This document shows positions 26,643 through 36,114 of a DNA stretch of 64,000 nucleotides, piece after piece. Where the stretch lies: assembly GCA_963728335.1 (NCBI GenBank), contig CAVSJP010000009.1:5403-69402 (forward strand), written 5' to 3'. Source of the stretch: an uncultured Chloroflexia bacterium. Its GTDB lineage: Bacteria > Chloroflexota > Chloroflexia > Thermomicrobiales > Thermomicrobiaceae. The first letter of the stretch is position 1, and each line of letters opens with the position of its first letter. The position numbers and the translations under genes were made by a program. The notes below the pieces were generated by a model, which searched no databases, was not told the origin of the DNA, and worked only from the letters and a program-made list of their open reading frames with translations.

Positions 26643-28052
26643 TCAGCGTTTGGCCGCGTCCGCCGCAAGTTCGTCGGCCAGCCGGTACATGAAGACCGCG
26701 ATAGACTTTTCGTGATCCTTCAGCCCAGCCACCGTCGCGTATTCATTCGGACTGTGCACGCGGCCACCGTGGCCCAGACCACCAAGGACGACCGGAATGT
26801 TCAACACGTCGGTAAACAGGTAGAAGGGCGCCGAACCCGCCAGGTGTGGCCAGATCTCCGGCTCGTGGCCTAGTGTGCGGTACGTCTCCATGATCGCTCG
26901 GGCCGGCGCCGAGTTCACGCTCGTCTTGCTCCACTTGTACATGTCCTCGACATGGATCTCGACCTCGGGAAAGCCGTGGCGGTCGAGGTGCTCACGCAGC
27001 AATTGCACCACACGCTCTGGGGTCATGTTCGGCACCATGCGCACATCGACCTTGGCTCGCGCCTCGTGCGGGATAATCGTCTTGGTACCCTCAGTCGTGT
27101 GCCCCGAGATGATGCCGTCGATGTTGAGCGTCGGCTGGTAGAGGTACTTGCGCACCAGGTCAATGCCGGTGAGGTCGTACTTGAAGCGTTTGACATCGTT
27201 CTTGACGAGTTCGTCCTCGGGATCGAAGGTGTTGACCAGCTTCGCCAGTAGCTCCTCATCCTCCGCGGACGGCGGAATAATGTCGTCATAGAAGCCGTCA
27301 ACCAGGATGTGCTTCTGATCCGGCGTGATCATGCTCGTAAGCGCGTGCAGCAGTCTCCACGTGGCGCTACCAAACCAGACCGCGTTGCTCCCGTGCACCG
27401 CCCGCTCGGTTGCGCCACCCCATTCGCCCCCGCGAACGACGAACTCCATAAACAGGATACCTTTAACTCCGAGGTAGGTAATCACTTTTCCGGACTGCGT
27501 CTGTGCCAGGAATGGGAAGAAACAGGCGTCGGCTTTGAGCTCTTCTTTGCACTCCTCGACGACCGCGGGCAGATTGCGGCTGCCAAGCTCCTCTTCACCT
27601 TCGATGAGAAACGCGATATTGACCGGAAGCTCGCCGGCCGCATCCTTCATCGCATGCAGCACGTTGAACAGGCTCGCCAGCGGACCTTTCTGGTTCATCG
27701 CTCCGCGGTTGACGATTGAGGGACCAAGACCCGGCAGCTCCACAATCTCGCCGCCGAACGGGTCGACCATCCAGGTCTCACCAACCACCGGCTGGACGTC
27801 GTACATCCCGTACAAGAGCATCGTGTATGGCTTGCCGGCGTCGATCCGTCCGACGACCGCGGGGTGCATATCGGTCTGCACTTTGCGCGCGTTGCCACCC
27901 AGCTCCTCGATCCAGCCGACCAGCATGTCGGCGGTCTCCTGCATACCGGTCCCGTCGGCACTGATCGACGGCTGGCGTAGCAGCGTTCTGGTTCGATCGA
28001 GATGATCGTCAGCGAAGTGCTCGTCTATATGCTTCAGTACCTGGTCGACCAC
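26643..28052 (-). CDS. M20-family metallopeptidase (dipeptidase/ArgE-DapE-like)
   Basis: 'LLYGMYDVQP', 'IEGEEELGS' and 'GLGHGGRVHSPNEY'. GTG 28052 is preceded by GGGAGGG. The track ORF is extended to 28157. Confidence 0.85.
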   Translation of the reverse strand: MVDQVLKHIDEHFADDHLDRTRTLLRQPSISADGTGMQETADMLVGWIEELGGNARKVQTDMHPAVVGRIDAGKPYTMLLYGMYDVQPVVGETWMVDPFGGEIVELPGLGPSIVNRGAMNQKGPLASLFNVLHAMKDAAGELPVNIAFLIEGEEELGSRNLPAVVEECKEELKADACFFPFLAQTQSGKVITYLGVKGILFMEFVVRGGEWGGATERAVHGSNAVWFGSATWRLLHALTSMITPDQKHILVDGFYDDIIPPSAEDEELLAKLVNTFDPEDELVKNDVKRFKYDLTGIDLVRKYLYQPTLNIDGIISGHTTEGTKTIIPHEARAKVDVRMVPNMTPERVVQLLREHLDRHGFPEVEIHVEDMYKWSKTSVNSAPARAIMETYRTLGHEPEIWPHLAGSAPFYLFTDVLNIPVVLGGLGHGGRVHSPNEYATVAGLKDHEKSIAVFMYRLADELAADAAKR

Positions 28053-28206
28053 GGGTGCCCTCCCATCCACGCCCTGTCTTGAGTCACACCGATTCGGGTG
28101 CCCGGCGTGTCGCCAGTATCGCACCTTGGCGGCTCCTTGCCCCAAAGATCTTGACACAACAGAAACGGGCGGCCCGTGTGAACCGCCCGTGTCATTCTCG
28201 TGAGTT

Positions 28207-29256
28207 CTAGCCGCCGATCTGACTCATCCCGCGCCCGGTGTCGCGGTCGCCCTCGGCCAGTCCGTGGCCCCACGGCTTGCGCCAAACGCCGAACCGGATC
28301 TGCTCGATCAGGTCCTCTTCATCTCCTCCGCCCCGCAGGATGTCCCGCACGTCGACTTCATCGTTGCGCAGCAGGCAGAGACGGAGCTTTCCGTCGGCGG
28401 TCAGCCGAATCCGGTTGCAGAAGGAGCAGAATGGCTGGCTGACCGGGCTGATGAACCCGATCGTTCCCCGGGCGCCTGGCAATCGATAGACACGAGCCGG
28501 GTCTCCCAGCGGAGCTTCGAGCGGGGCCAGTTCGCCGTGCACGTCCTCGATCATGTCGATCGTCTCCGCCGTGGTCACCAGACCAGCGTCATGGACGTCG
28601 CCGACACCTTCGAGTGGCATCACTTCGATGAAGCGCACCTGCCAGTCGTGCTCAAGCGTCAGCGCGGCGAGATCGGCAACTTCATCCTCGTTCTGGCCAC
28701 GCACAACCACCGCATTGAGCTTGATCGGCGATAGACCGGCCTCTTCAGCTGCCTCGATTCCCGCCCAGACCTTCTCGATCTTCCCGCCGCGCGTGATGGC
28801 GGTGAAGCGCTCTGGTTTCAGCGAGTCGATGCTGACGTTCACCCGCTTGAGTCCCGCGTCCTTGAGTCCAGGCGCCAGTCGCTGCAGCAGCAGACCGTTC
28901 GTTGTCATGGCGACGTCGTCGACGCCAGGCGTGTGGGCGATCTCCCGCACGAGTTCAGTGACATGTGGGCGAATCGTCGGCTCTCCACCGGTGAGACGCA
29001 TCTTGGAAAACCCGATTTTGGCGGAAGCCCTCACGACCGAGAGGATCTCGTCGTCAGTCAGAAGTTCGTCGCGCGGAGCGAACTTCGCGCCAAGAGCCGG
29101 CATGCAATAGACGCAGCGCAGGTTACAGCGATCGGTCAGCGAGATACGCAGATACGTCATGGGGCGTCCGTACGCGTCCCGCGTCTTCTTTTCACCCGCG
29201 ATCGGAATGGAACGCTCGTCGAAGATGGGTTGCGTGGCGGCCGGCAATGCGATCAT
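28207..29256 (-). CDS. moaA: GTP 3',8-cyclase MoaA (radical SAM)
   Basis: 'LRISLTDRCNLRCVYCMP' (CxxxCxxC), 'LTGGEPT' and a C-terminal 'CSFCNRIRLTADGKLRLCL' cluster. ATG 29256 is preceded by AGAGGGGA. Confidence 0.9.
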   Translation of the reverse strand: MIALPAATQPIFDERSIPIAGEKKTRDAYGRPMTYLRISLTDRCNLRCVYCMPALGAKFAPRDELLTDDEILSVVRASAKIGFSKMRLTGGEPTIRPHVTELVREIAHTPGVDDVAMTTNGLLLQRLAPGLKDAGLKRVNVSIDSLKPERFTAITRGGKIEKVWAGIEAAEEAGLSPIKLNAVVVRGQNEDEVADLAALTLEHDWQVRFIEVMPLEGVGDVHDAGLVTTAETIDMIEDVHGELAPLEAPLGDPARVYRLPGARGTIGFISPVSQPFCSFCNRIRLTADGKLRLCLLRNDEVDVRDILRGGGDEEDLIEQIRFGVWRKPWGHGLAEGDRDTGRGMSQIGG

Positions 29257-29478
29257 GGTGTCCCCTCTGTCGGTCGTTCGTTCGCTGAACGGGCATCTGG
29301 TACGTACGAGTCGAGCGACGCCGCGACCGAACGGATTATTTGAGAACCTTAGCAAAACGCCCCACATTTGGCAACCAAACGGTTGAAAATCGCGGGCGTC
29401 TTGCCGTAGAACAATTACTCGATCGTCCGGGCTGCAAGGCCGCTGATAGTAGTCGTACCCGATCCCGACGAATCGACA

Positions 29479-30174
29479 CTACCGTCGCATCTTGATGACC
29501 TTGAACGCTTCAGCGAGCGGAATATTCTGCGGTTCACCGACACTCTGGGCGCGCTCGCGCAGTCGCTCTTCAAGCGTCTCGGCCTGGCCGACCTGGCTCT
29601 CGTGCGCTTTCAACGCGTTGATCTTGTCATCGAAGGTGTCGCTAATATCGATGAACGTGTCCGGATACTCGGAGCCGAACAGCCAGAGCTCCGCGACTTT
29701 GTGCGGCTCGAGCCCAGACTCCAGATGCTCCGGAAAATAGAGCGGGTCACGCGCGGTCGGGTACACCGAGTCAACAGTGGTGATCCCTACGGCGCGATGG
29801 TCAGGATGGAGCGAATAGGGCCGGAATGGATCGTGGGTGATGACGACGTCCGGGCGGTAGGTGCGAATCTGTCGCACAATCTTCTCGCGGAAGTTGAGGT
29901 CGGGCATCAACTCACCGTCGCCCATGCGCAGGAAGACGACGTCCTCCACGCCGAGACGCTTGCAGGCCTCGCGCTCTTCGCTTTCGCGCAGGGCCGCCAG
30001 GTCCTTGGAATTGATATCGCGCCGGGCCGTTCCTTTGTCGCCAGAGGTCGACTGCACCAGGATGACCTTTCGGCCCTCTTTCGAGAATTTCGCAACCGTT
30101 CCGGCTGAACTGAACTCCATGTCGTCCGGATGCGCCACGACGACCATGATCGTCTTGAATTCTTCGTTCTCCAT
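29479..30174 (-). CDS. PIG-L/LmbE-family N-acetylglucosaminyl deacetylase (BshB/MshB-like)
   Basis: 'VVAHPDDMEFSSAGT' and 'HPDHRAVG' motifs, 231 aa. Confidence 0.85.
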   Translation of the reverse strand: MENEEFKTIMVVVAHPDDMEFSSAGTVAKFSKEGRKVILVQSTSGDKGTARRDINSKDLAALRESEEREACKRLGVEDVVFLRMGDGELMPDLNFREKIVRQIRTYRPDVVITHDPFRPYSLHPDHRAVGITTVDSVYPTARDPLYFPEHLESGLEPHKVAELWLFGSEYPDTFIDISDTFDDKINALKAHESQVGQAETLEERLRERAQSVGEPQNIPLAEAFKVIKMRR

Positions 30175-30356
30175 ACCTATTCCTTAGACTCCCTCTCTTG
30201 TGTCTCGCGCGATCGTCTTCCGCAGCGAATATTGACTACCGCGCCACTTCCGTCAAGATCATTTGCGCGAACCACGAAATCAACTCCACGTTCGCTCGTT
30301 CTATCGGCGGCACGCTCGAGCGCGTACAATCCCCCAGGAAGGAGGAATTCCGCCAC

Positions 30357-31643
30357 GTGCAGATTCAAGCGCACAAGAGTGACCGGCCGTTGCGTGTGCT
30401 GATGGTCGCGCCAACATCGTTCTTCGCCGACTACGGCTGCCACGTCCGAATTCTTGAGGAGGTTCGCGCGCTAAACGCGCTCGGACACCGTGTCGCCATA
30501 TGCACCTATCACAATGGTAACGACGTAGATGGCGTTTTTATTCGCCGGTCGATCGACGTCCCCTGGCGCAAGCGCGTCATCGTCGGCTCGTCGCGTCACA
30601 AGCTCTATCTCGACGGCGCCCTGTCTATCACGACGCTGCGCACGGCCATCACCTTCAAACCTGACATTATTCATGCCCACCTGCATGAGGGAGCGCTCAT
30701 CGGCGGCACGATCGCTCGGTTGCTGCGTAAGCCATTCATCTTCGACTATCAGGGGAGCCTGACCGAAGAGATGCTCGACCATGGATTCGTGACACCGGGC
30801 GGCGCCTTCTTGCCCGTGCTGCGGCGGCTGGAACGAGTGATCGATGCGGTGCCGAACCTGATCGTCACCAGCAGTGACAACGCGCGAAAGCGTCTGCTCA
30901 AGACCAGGCCGGAAAAACAGATTCGCACCGTGCTCGACGCGGTCGACACGCGCCGCTTCTCACCGGAGTCGGTGTCGGACGGCGAGCGGACCGCGCTTCG
31001 GGCGCGGCTCGGAATTCCCGAGCAGAGCAAGGTCGTCGTCTACCTCGGACTCCTCGCTCCCTACCAGGGGACCGATCTGCTGCTGCGCGCGGCGCGGAGG
31101 ATCAGGCAGGCCGAGCCGGACGCCTTTTTCTTGCTCATGGGCTTCCCGGGAGTCGAGCGCTACCAGCAGATGGCCGAGCAGTTGGGTCTCTCCGGACGCA
31201 TCAGTTTTCCGGGTCGGATTCCCTACATTGACGCACACCGCTACCTGGCGCTTGGCGATGTCGCGGTCGCGCCGAAAATGTCGCTCACCGAGGGAAACGG
31301 CAAGATCTACAACTACATGGCGATGGGTTTGCCGGTGGTCGCCTTCGACGCCGCGCCGAATCGCGAAATCCTCGCTGACCTGGGCGTCTATGCCACACTC
31401 GGTGATGAGTCTGAATTTGCCGATCGAGTTTTGTCACTGCTTCGCTCGCCGCAGACGCGAGCCGAGCTTGGACAGCGTCTCCGTGGGCATACCGAACGCA
31501 CCATGTCGTGGTCTGACCGCATCAACGACTTGCTGGCAGTCTATGGAGAAGTTCTGCCGGAACGCGATTTGACCCGCGCTGCAAGAGACACGGCGCGGCA
31601 CGGAGAGGTCCGCGCTGTCCGCGCTGGCTCCTCTGACGACTGA
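30357..31643 (+). CDS. GT4-family (GT-B, retaining) glycosyltransferase
   Basis: 'RVLMVAPTSFFADYGCHVRILEE' N-domain and the E-x7-E region 'SLTEGNGKIYNYMAMGLPVVA'. GTG 30357 is preceded by GGAAGGAGG. The track ORF starts at 30198. Confidence 0.85.
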   Translation: MQIQAHKSDRPLRVLMVAPTSFFADYGCHVRILEEVRALNALGHRVAICTYHNGNDVDGVFIRRSIDVPWRKRVIVGSSRHKLYLDGALSITTLRTAITFKPDIIHAHLHEGALIGGTIARLLRKPFIFDYQGSLTEEMLDHGFVTPGGAFLPVLRRLERVIDAVPNLIVTSSDNARKRLLKTRPEKQIRTVLDAVDTRRFSPESVSDGERTALRARLGIPEQSKVVVYLGLLAPYQGTDLLLRAARRIRQAEPDAFFLLMGFPGVERYQQMAEQLGLSGRISFPGRIPYIDAHRYLALGDVAVAPKMSLTEGNGKIYNYMAMGLPVVAFDAAPNREILADLGVYATLGDESEFADRVLSLLRSPQTRAELGQRLRGHTERTMSWSDRINDLLAVYGEVLPERDLTRAARDTARHGEVRAVRAGSSDD

Positions 31644-31662
31644 GACGTTCCAAAGTCCGTCC

Positions 31663-32568
31663 TTATCTGCCCTCGACCGCGGACATCACGCTCCGCACGT
31701 GCTCGTAGCTCCGCGTAAGCATCTCCCACGGATCACCGAGCTGCATCGCGCAGCGCCAGCGAACTTCCATCGTCACTGACGGAACAGTTGCGATTTGCTG
31801 CATAGCTTCGAACTGCTCCGTGAACGGAACGGTTCCCAGGACGAGCGGGTAATGCGCCAACCCATCCGCGCCGAGATCGTGAAGATGAATGTGGACGATT
31901 TTGGTGAGAAACGCTTCCTCAGGAACGGTGCGCCACGCGGGATCGTGCAAGCCGTTTTCACGGTCATGAGCCAGGTCCCAGCAGATCCCGACCTCTGGGG
32001 TTCCGACCCGGTCGACGATCGTCTCCACCGACATGCGTGATCGTGCCGCGGCTGTTTCGCGGCCCGGCTTGGCGGCGCCCAACTCGAGACCGACAAATAT
32101 GTGGAGACTGATTGCGTCGAGTCGGGTTCCAAGCCAGTCGAGCAGACCGACCGTCACCTCTTCGTTCTGACGGAGCGACAGGCCCGGATCGGCCGAGCCG
32201 TGAATCACCAGCCTCGCGGCGTCCTGGCGTTCGAGAATCGTTCCGCAGAGGCTGAATATCGGCTCGTACTCGGTCTTGAGGCCGTCGCGGTCGTACCACC
32301 AGCGCGACGTGGCAAATCGCTGGTCGAGCGAGACATGGAACTGGACATCGATGCCGCGGCGCTGATACGCGTGGACGGTCTCCAGCCAGTCGGGCTCAAT
32401 CACGTGCACCCGCGCGGTGCGCTCATCGAACGGCCCGTGATGCAACACCACTTCGGCAGAAGTCGCGCCACACGCTCCCAGGTGATCGAGATACGACTCG
32501 AACGTGCGGCCGTCTCCCGTGTACCAGCGAGGCGAGCCACTGTTCCCAAGTAGGAATCTCGCGACCAT
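31663..32568 (-). CDS. Xylose-isomerase-like TIM-barrel protein (sugar phosphate isomerase/epimerase family), tentative
   Basis: 'VHIHLHD', 'ICWDLAHD' and 'VIHG' resemble the family's metal-ligand strands. ATG 32568 lies directly after the hisS stop. Confidence 0.55.
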   Translation of the reverse strand: MVARFLLGNSGSPRWYTGDGRTFESYLDHLGACGATSAEVVLHHGPFDERTARVHVIEPDWLETVHAYQRRGIDVQFHVSLDQRFATSRWWYDRDGLKTEYEPIFSLCGTILERQDAARLVIHGSADPGLSLRQNEEVTVGLLDWLGTRLDAISLHIFVGLELGAAKPGRETAAARSRMSVETIVDRVGTPEVGICWDLAHDRENGLHDPAWRTVPEEAFLTKIVHIHLHDLGADGLAHYPLVLGTVPFTEQFEAMQQIATVPSVTMEVRWRCAMQLGDPWEMLTRSYEHVRSVMSAVEGR

Positions 32569-32569
32569 G

Positions 32570-33926
32570 CTACGCCCTGGCGATCCGCGCAATCGCCATA
32601 GCGGCTTCGGATTCCGGCACGGTCGACTGCTCGCCCGACGCCATGGCGCGCAGATTCACTTCGCCACGACTGGCCTCGTCGGGTCCAAGGAATGCAACCA
32701 CCGGAATGCCGCGCTTATCGGCGTACTGCACCTGACGGCGCAGGTCACGACCCGCGTCGAGGTAGATCTCGGCGTCGACCGACGCACGCCGGAGAGCGCT
32801 GACGAGCCGCAGTGAGGCGCCCAGCATCTCCTCATTGAAGATCGTAACGAGCACGTCCGACACGGTTGCCGGCGAACGAAGCAGACCCAGTTCCTGAATC
32901 ACGTCGAAGATGCGCTCGAGGCCCAGGGACGCTCCCGTGGCCGGGATGTCCTCGCCCAGGAACATGCCGATCAGGCCGTCGTAGCGGCCGGCGCCACCGA
33001 GGGAACCGATGTTGGCTTCAGTCACCGTGGCCTCGAACACCGGCCCGGTGTAGTAATCGAGACCACGAGCCAGTCGCCAGGTTGAGCGCATAGTGGCTCG
33101 GATCGGCCGACATCTCAGCCAGGTAGGTGAAGAGCGACTGCAGGTCGTCGAGTCCTTCGCTAGCAGTCTCGATGTCGCCCAGACGCTGCCGCAACTCCTT
33201 GAGGACATCGAATGGCTCGCCTTTCAGCGCCACCAGGTCGAGCACTCTGTCGGCCGCCTCGGCCGGGACCTGATGCTTCATCATCTCTTCTTTGACGCCG
33301 TCGCGACCAATCTTGTCCAGTTTGTCGATCGCTCTGTGAATGGTTGGCGTCTGATCTTCCGGAACTCCGGCGAAGATCGCGAGGCTCTTCAGTAGTTTGC
33401 GGTGGTTGATCTGCACCACGAAGCTCGGCATGTTAACCGCGCTCAGCGAGTCCATCCAGACCATCAGCACTTCAGCGTCGGCCAGCATCGACTTAGTTCC
33501 GACCGTGTCCGCGTCACACTGCCAGAATTCGCGATAGCGACCTTTTTGCGGGCGATCGGCACGAAAGACCGGGCCGATGTGATAGCGCTTGAACGGGAAG
33601 GTTAGCTCGTGGCGGTGCGTCGCAACGAAGCGCGCCAGCGGTACGGTCAGGTCATAGCGAAGTCCGACGTCGCGCCCACCGTGATCCTTGAAGTGGTAGA
33701 TCAGCTTCTCGTCTTCGCCGTACTTGCCGGTCAGAGTTTCGGTGTACTCGAGCAGTGGCGTGTCAATTGGCTCGAACCCATAGCGCTCGAAGATGGTGCG
33801 GAAGGTGTCGACGACGTGCTGGCGGAGAAGCATCTGGTCGGGCGTGAAATCCCGGAAGCCTTTCAGCACTTGCGGCCGGCGCGTCCGGCCCCCTCCGTCG
33901 TTGTCTGGCATGTCTTGTCCCTTCAT
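32570..33926 (-). pseudogene. hisS: Histidine--tRNA ligase, reading frame broken by a single 1-nt indel near 33075 (true pseudogene or sequence error)
   Basis: The N-terminal frame (33926..~33076) holds 'KGFRDFTPDQ', 'FKRYHIGPVFRADRPQKGRYREFWQCD' and ends in '...ADPSHYALNLA'. The next frame continues 'LARGLDYYTGPVFE...GSLGGAGRYDGL' plus the anticodon-binding domain to the stop at 32570. Confidence 0.85.
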
Positions 33927-34002
33927 CCCGCACTCGTCACCACAGCGGAGCCCATCTTACCAGAGGGCTCGCGGCGACCTGCCGGGTCTCGTGTGGAGCG
34001 GT

Positions 34003-34524
34003 CTACTTGCGCATTTCGAAGACGACATGCGCGATCTCGGGCATGATGAGTTTGTCCATCGCGAGCGCGACGGCGTTCGACGAACCCGGCGTCAGAAACA
34101 CCACCGTATCCTGGATAACGCCCGCCGTCGCCCGGCTCAACATCGCCGCGGCGCCGATTTCATCGTAGCTCAGCATGCGAAAGAGCTCGCCGAATCCGTC
34201 AAGCCGCTTGTCGAGGCGACGGCTTACCGTGTCATACGTCGTGTCGCGTCGCGCGATGCCCGTTCCGCCATTGAAGATCACCGCGTCGCAATCGTCTCGC
34301 GCGACAAGTGAGGTCAGGATCTCGTCAATCTGTGCCGGCTCGTCCTTGACGATTTGGTAGTGCACGACCTCGTGCCCAGCCGTCCGCAGACGTTCCAGAA
34401 TGAGTTGCCCACTCTTGTCGGTCTCGGTCGTTCGCGTGTCACTCACCGTCACGACCGCGCATCGAATGACATCTGGCGCCTGTGCCCGGTGCTGCTGAAC
34501 CGACTCACTCACGCGCTCCCCCAA
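34003..34524 (-). CDS. moaB: Molybdenum cofactor biosynthesis protein MoaB/MogA family
   Basis: 'CAVVTVSDTR', 'DAVIFNGGTG' and 'PGSSNAV' motifs, 173 aa. Confidence 0.85.
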   Translation of the reverse strand: MGERVSESVQQHRAQAPDVIRCAVVTVSDTRTTETDKSGQLILERLRTAGHEVVHYQIVKDEPAQIDEILTSLVARDDCDAVIFNGGTGIARRDTTYDTVSRRLDKRLDGFGELFRMLSYDEIGAAAMLSRATAGVIQDTVVFLTPGSSNAVALAMDKLIMPEIAHVVFEMRK

Positions 34525-34555
34525 TCGGGCGAACTATTTGCAACATGAATACCGA

Positions 34556-34930
34556 TCAGCCCGTGCTGCACGCGTTGCGAACGTGGCTGACCCGCTCGAC
34601 CGCGCCCTTCGCGCTCACAGTAATCGCGAGCAGGTCGATCCGCCAGAAGCGATCCCCGTGCTCCGGATGCTCGGCCACATAGATATCGCCGAGTTCGAGC
34701 AGCCGTACCGCCTTGCGAGCGTCGACCGCCTCTTCGGCCGAGCCGCGAGCGCGACCATGGCGCGTCTTGACCTCCACAAAGACCAGCACGTCACCATCCA
34801 GCGCGATCAAATCCAACTCGCCGCCCCGTGTGCGCCATTTTCGGTCGATCACCGTCCAGCCGAGGTCGAGCAACAGCCGCTCGGCGAGTCGCTCACCCGC
34901 GTCTCCGAGTGCCAGGCGCCGGCCGCTCAC
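34556..34930 (-). CDS. yraN: YraN-family (UPF0102) endonuclease-like protein
   Basis: 'GDAGERLAERLLLDLGWTVIDRKWRTRGGELDLIALDGDVLVFVEVKTR'. GTG 34930 overlaps the rnhB stop (GTGA). The track ORF is extended to 35092. Confidence 0.85.
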   Translation of the reverse strand: MSGRRLALGDAGERLAERLLLDLGWTVIDRKWRTRGGELDLIALDGDVLVFVEVKTRHGRARGSAEEAVDARKAVRLLELGDIYVAEHPEHGDRFWRIDLLAITVSAKGAVERVSHVRNACSTG

Positions 34931-35622
34931 GTGCGTACCTGATCGGGAAGTAGAAGGCTCTCCACGACGTCCCGAACCGGCCGGAACGAGCGTCGGTGGT
35001 GAGGGGTCGGGCCGAACTCTCGCAGCGCCTCGAGGTGCGCCGCGGTTCCATACCCGACGTTGCGATCCCAGCCGTACTGGGGATACCGGCATGCCAGCCG
35101 CCGCATAAGATCGTCGCGTGCTTCCTTGGCCAGGATCGAGGCACAGGCTATTGAGAGACAGCTGGAGTCACCATCCACCACGCCGCGACAACGCTCCCCA
35201 TCGAACTCTCGCATCAGCGGTCCGTCGATGATGGCATGCTGCCAGTCTCCCAGGCGGCTCAGCGCGCGCTGCATGGCGAGCGCCGTCGCCCCGCGGATGT
35301 TCAGCCGGTCGATCTCCTGTCGCGACGCCGCGCCAATCGAGGTCGCCAATGCGCGCCGGCGAATCTCGTGAACCAGTTCCCCACGGCGCTGCGGCGTCAG
35401 TAATTTCGAGTCGCGCACACCCGCGATGCGCCGGGTGCCGGACGGGAGAATGCACGCCGCCGCGACCACCGGCCCAGCCAGGCAACCACGGCCAACCTCA
35501 TCGACTCCGGCCACGAGCTGGACACCTTGTTTCCAGAGTGCCCGCTCGATGCGGTAGTCGGCATTGCCTGATGTGCCAAAACGGCTCCCGTGACAATGAC
35601 GAAACGCGGCGCCGTGAGGCAC
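34927..35622 (-). CDS. rnhB: Ribonuclease HII
   Basis: 'AGVDEVGRGCLAGPVVAAA', 'DSKLLT' and 'ASILAK' motifs. Confidence 0.9.
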   Translation of the reverse strand: MPHGAAFRHCHGSRFGTSGNADYRIERALWKQGVQLVAGVDEVGRGCLAGPVVAAACILPSGTRRIAGVRDSKLLTPQRRGELVHEIRRRALATSIGAASRQEIDRLNIRGATALAMQRALSRLGDWQHAIIDGPLMREFDGERCRGVVDGDSSCLSIACASILAKEARDDLMRRLACRYPQYGWDRNVGYGTAAHLEALREFGPTPHHRRSFRPVRDVVESLLLPDQVRT

Positions 35623-35658
35623 CGCGCGAACGTCACGGTGCGAATGGCGTGCCAGTCG

Positions 35659-36030
35659 TTAGCGCAGGTAGTTCCCCTCCGGACGACGGCGCTCCCGGAT
35701 TCTCGCGGCGCGGCCCGTCCGTCCACGCAGGAAATAGAGTTTCGCGCGACGAACTCGCCCGTTCCGCAGCACCTCGATGTGATCAACACGCGGCGCGTGG
35801 ATCGGAAATGTGCGCTCGACACCAATGCCATGCGATGCGATGCGGCGGACCGTGAAATTCTCGTTCAGCCCACCACCACGACGCCTGATGACGACGCCTT
35901 CGAATGGCTGCACACGCTCGCGGGTACCCTCGACGACCTTCACATGGACCCGCACGGTATCGCCGGGACCGAAATTCGGAATGTCGTCGCGCAGTTGTTC
36001 CTGCTCGATACTTTTGATTACATCCACCAT
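35659..36030 (-). CDS. rplS: 50S ribosomal protein L19
   Basis: '[29 protein letters not shown]...[20 protein letters not shown]....IEV'. Confidence 0.95.
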   Translation of the reverse strand: MVDVIKSIEQEQLRDDIPNFGPGDTVRVHVKVVEGTRERVQPFEGVVIRRRGGGLNENFTVRRIASHGIGVERTFPIHAPRVDHIEVLRNGRVRRAKLYFLRGRTGRAARIRERRRPEGNYLR

Positions 36031-36114
36031 GTCTGAATCGCTCCGTGTTCGCGTTGATCGAAGGCACGCCTACCCCGCCCAACGCGGGACTCGCCGAGTA
36101 TAGCAGCCACGCCG

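Noticed and set aside
29257-29478. Possible Moco riboswitch in the 222-nt leader of moaA
   Set aside because: I could not find the conserved elements I recall for the Moco RNA motif (CCGAGCC-type junction, GCCUG...AAAGG, CCUCC near the RBS). Context alone is insufficient. cmsearch with RF01055 would settle it.
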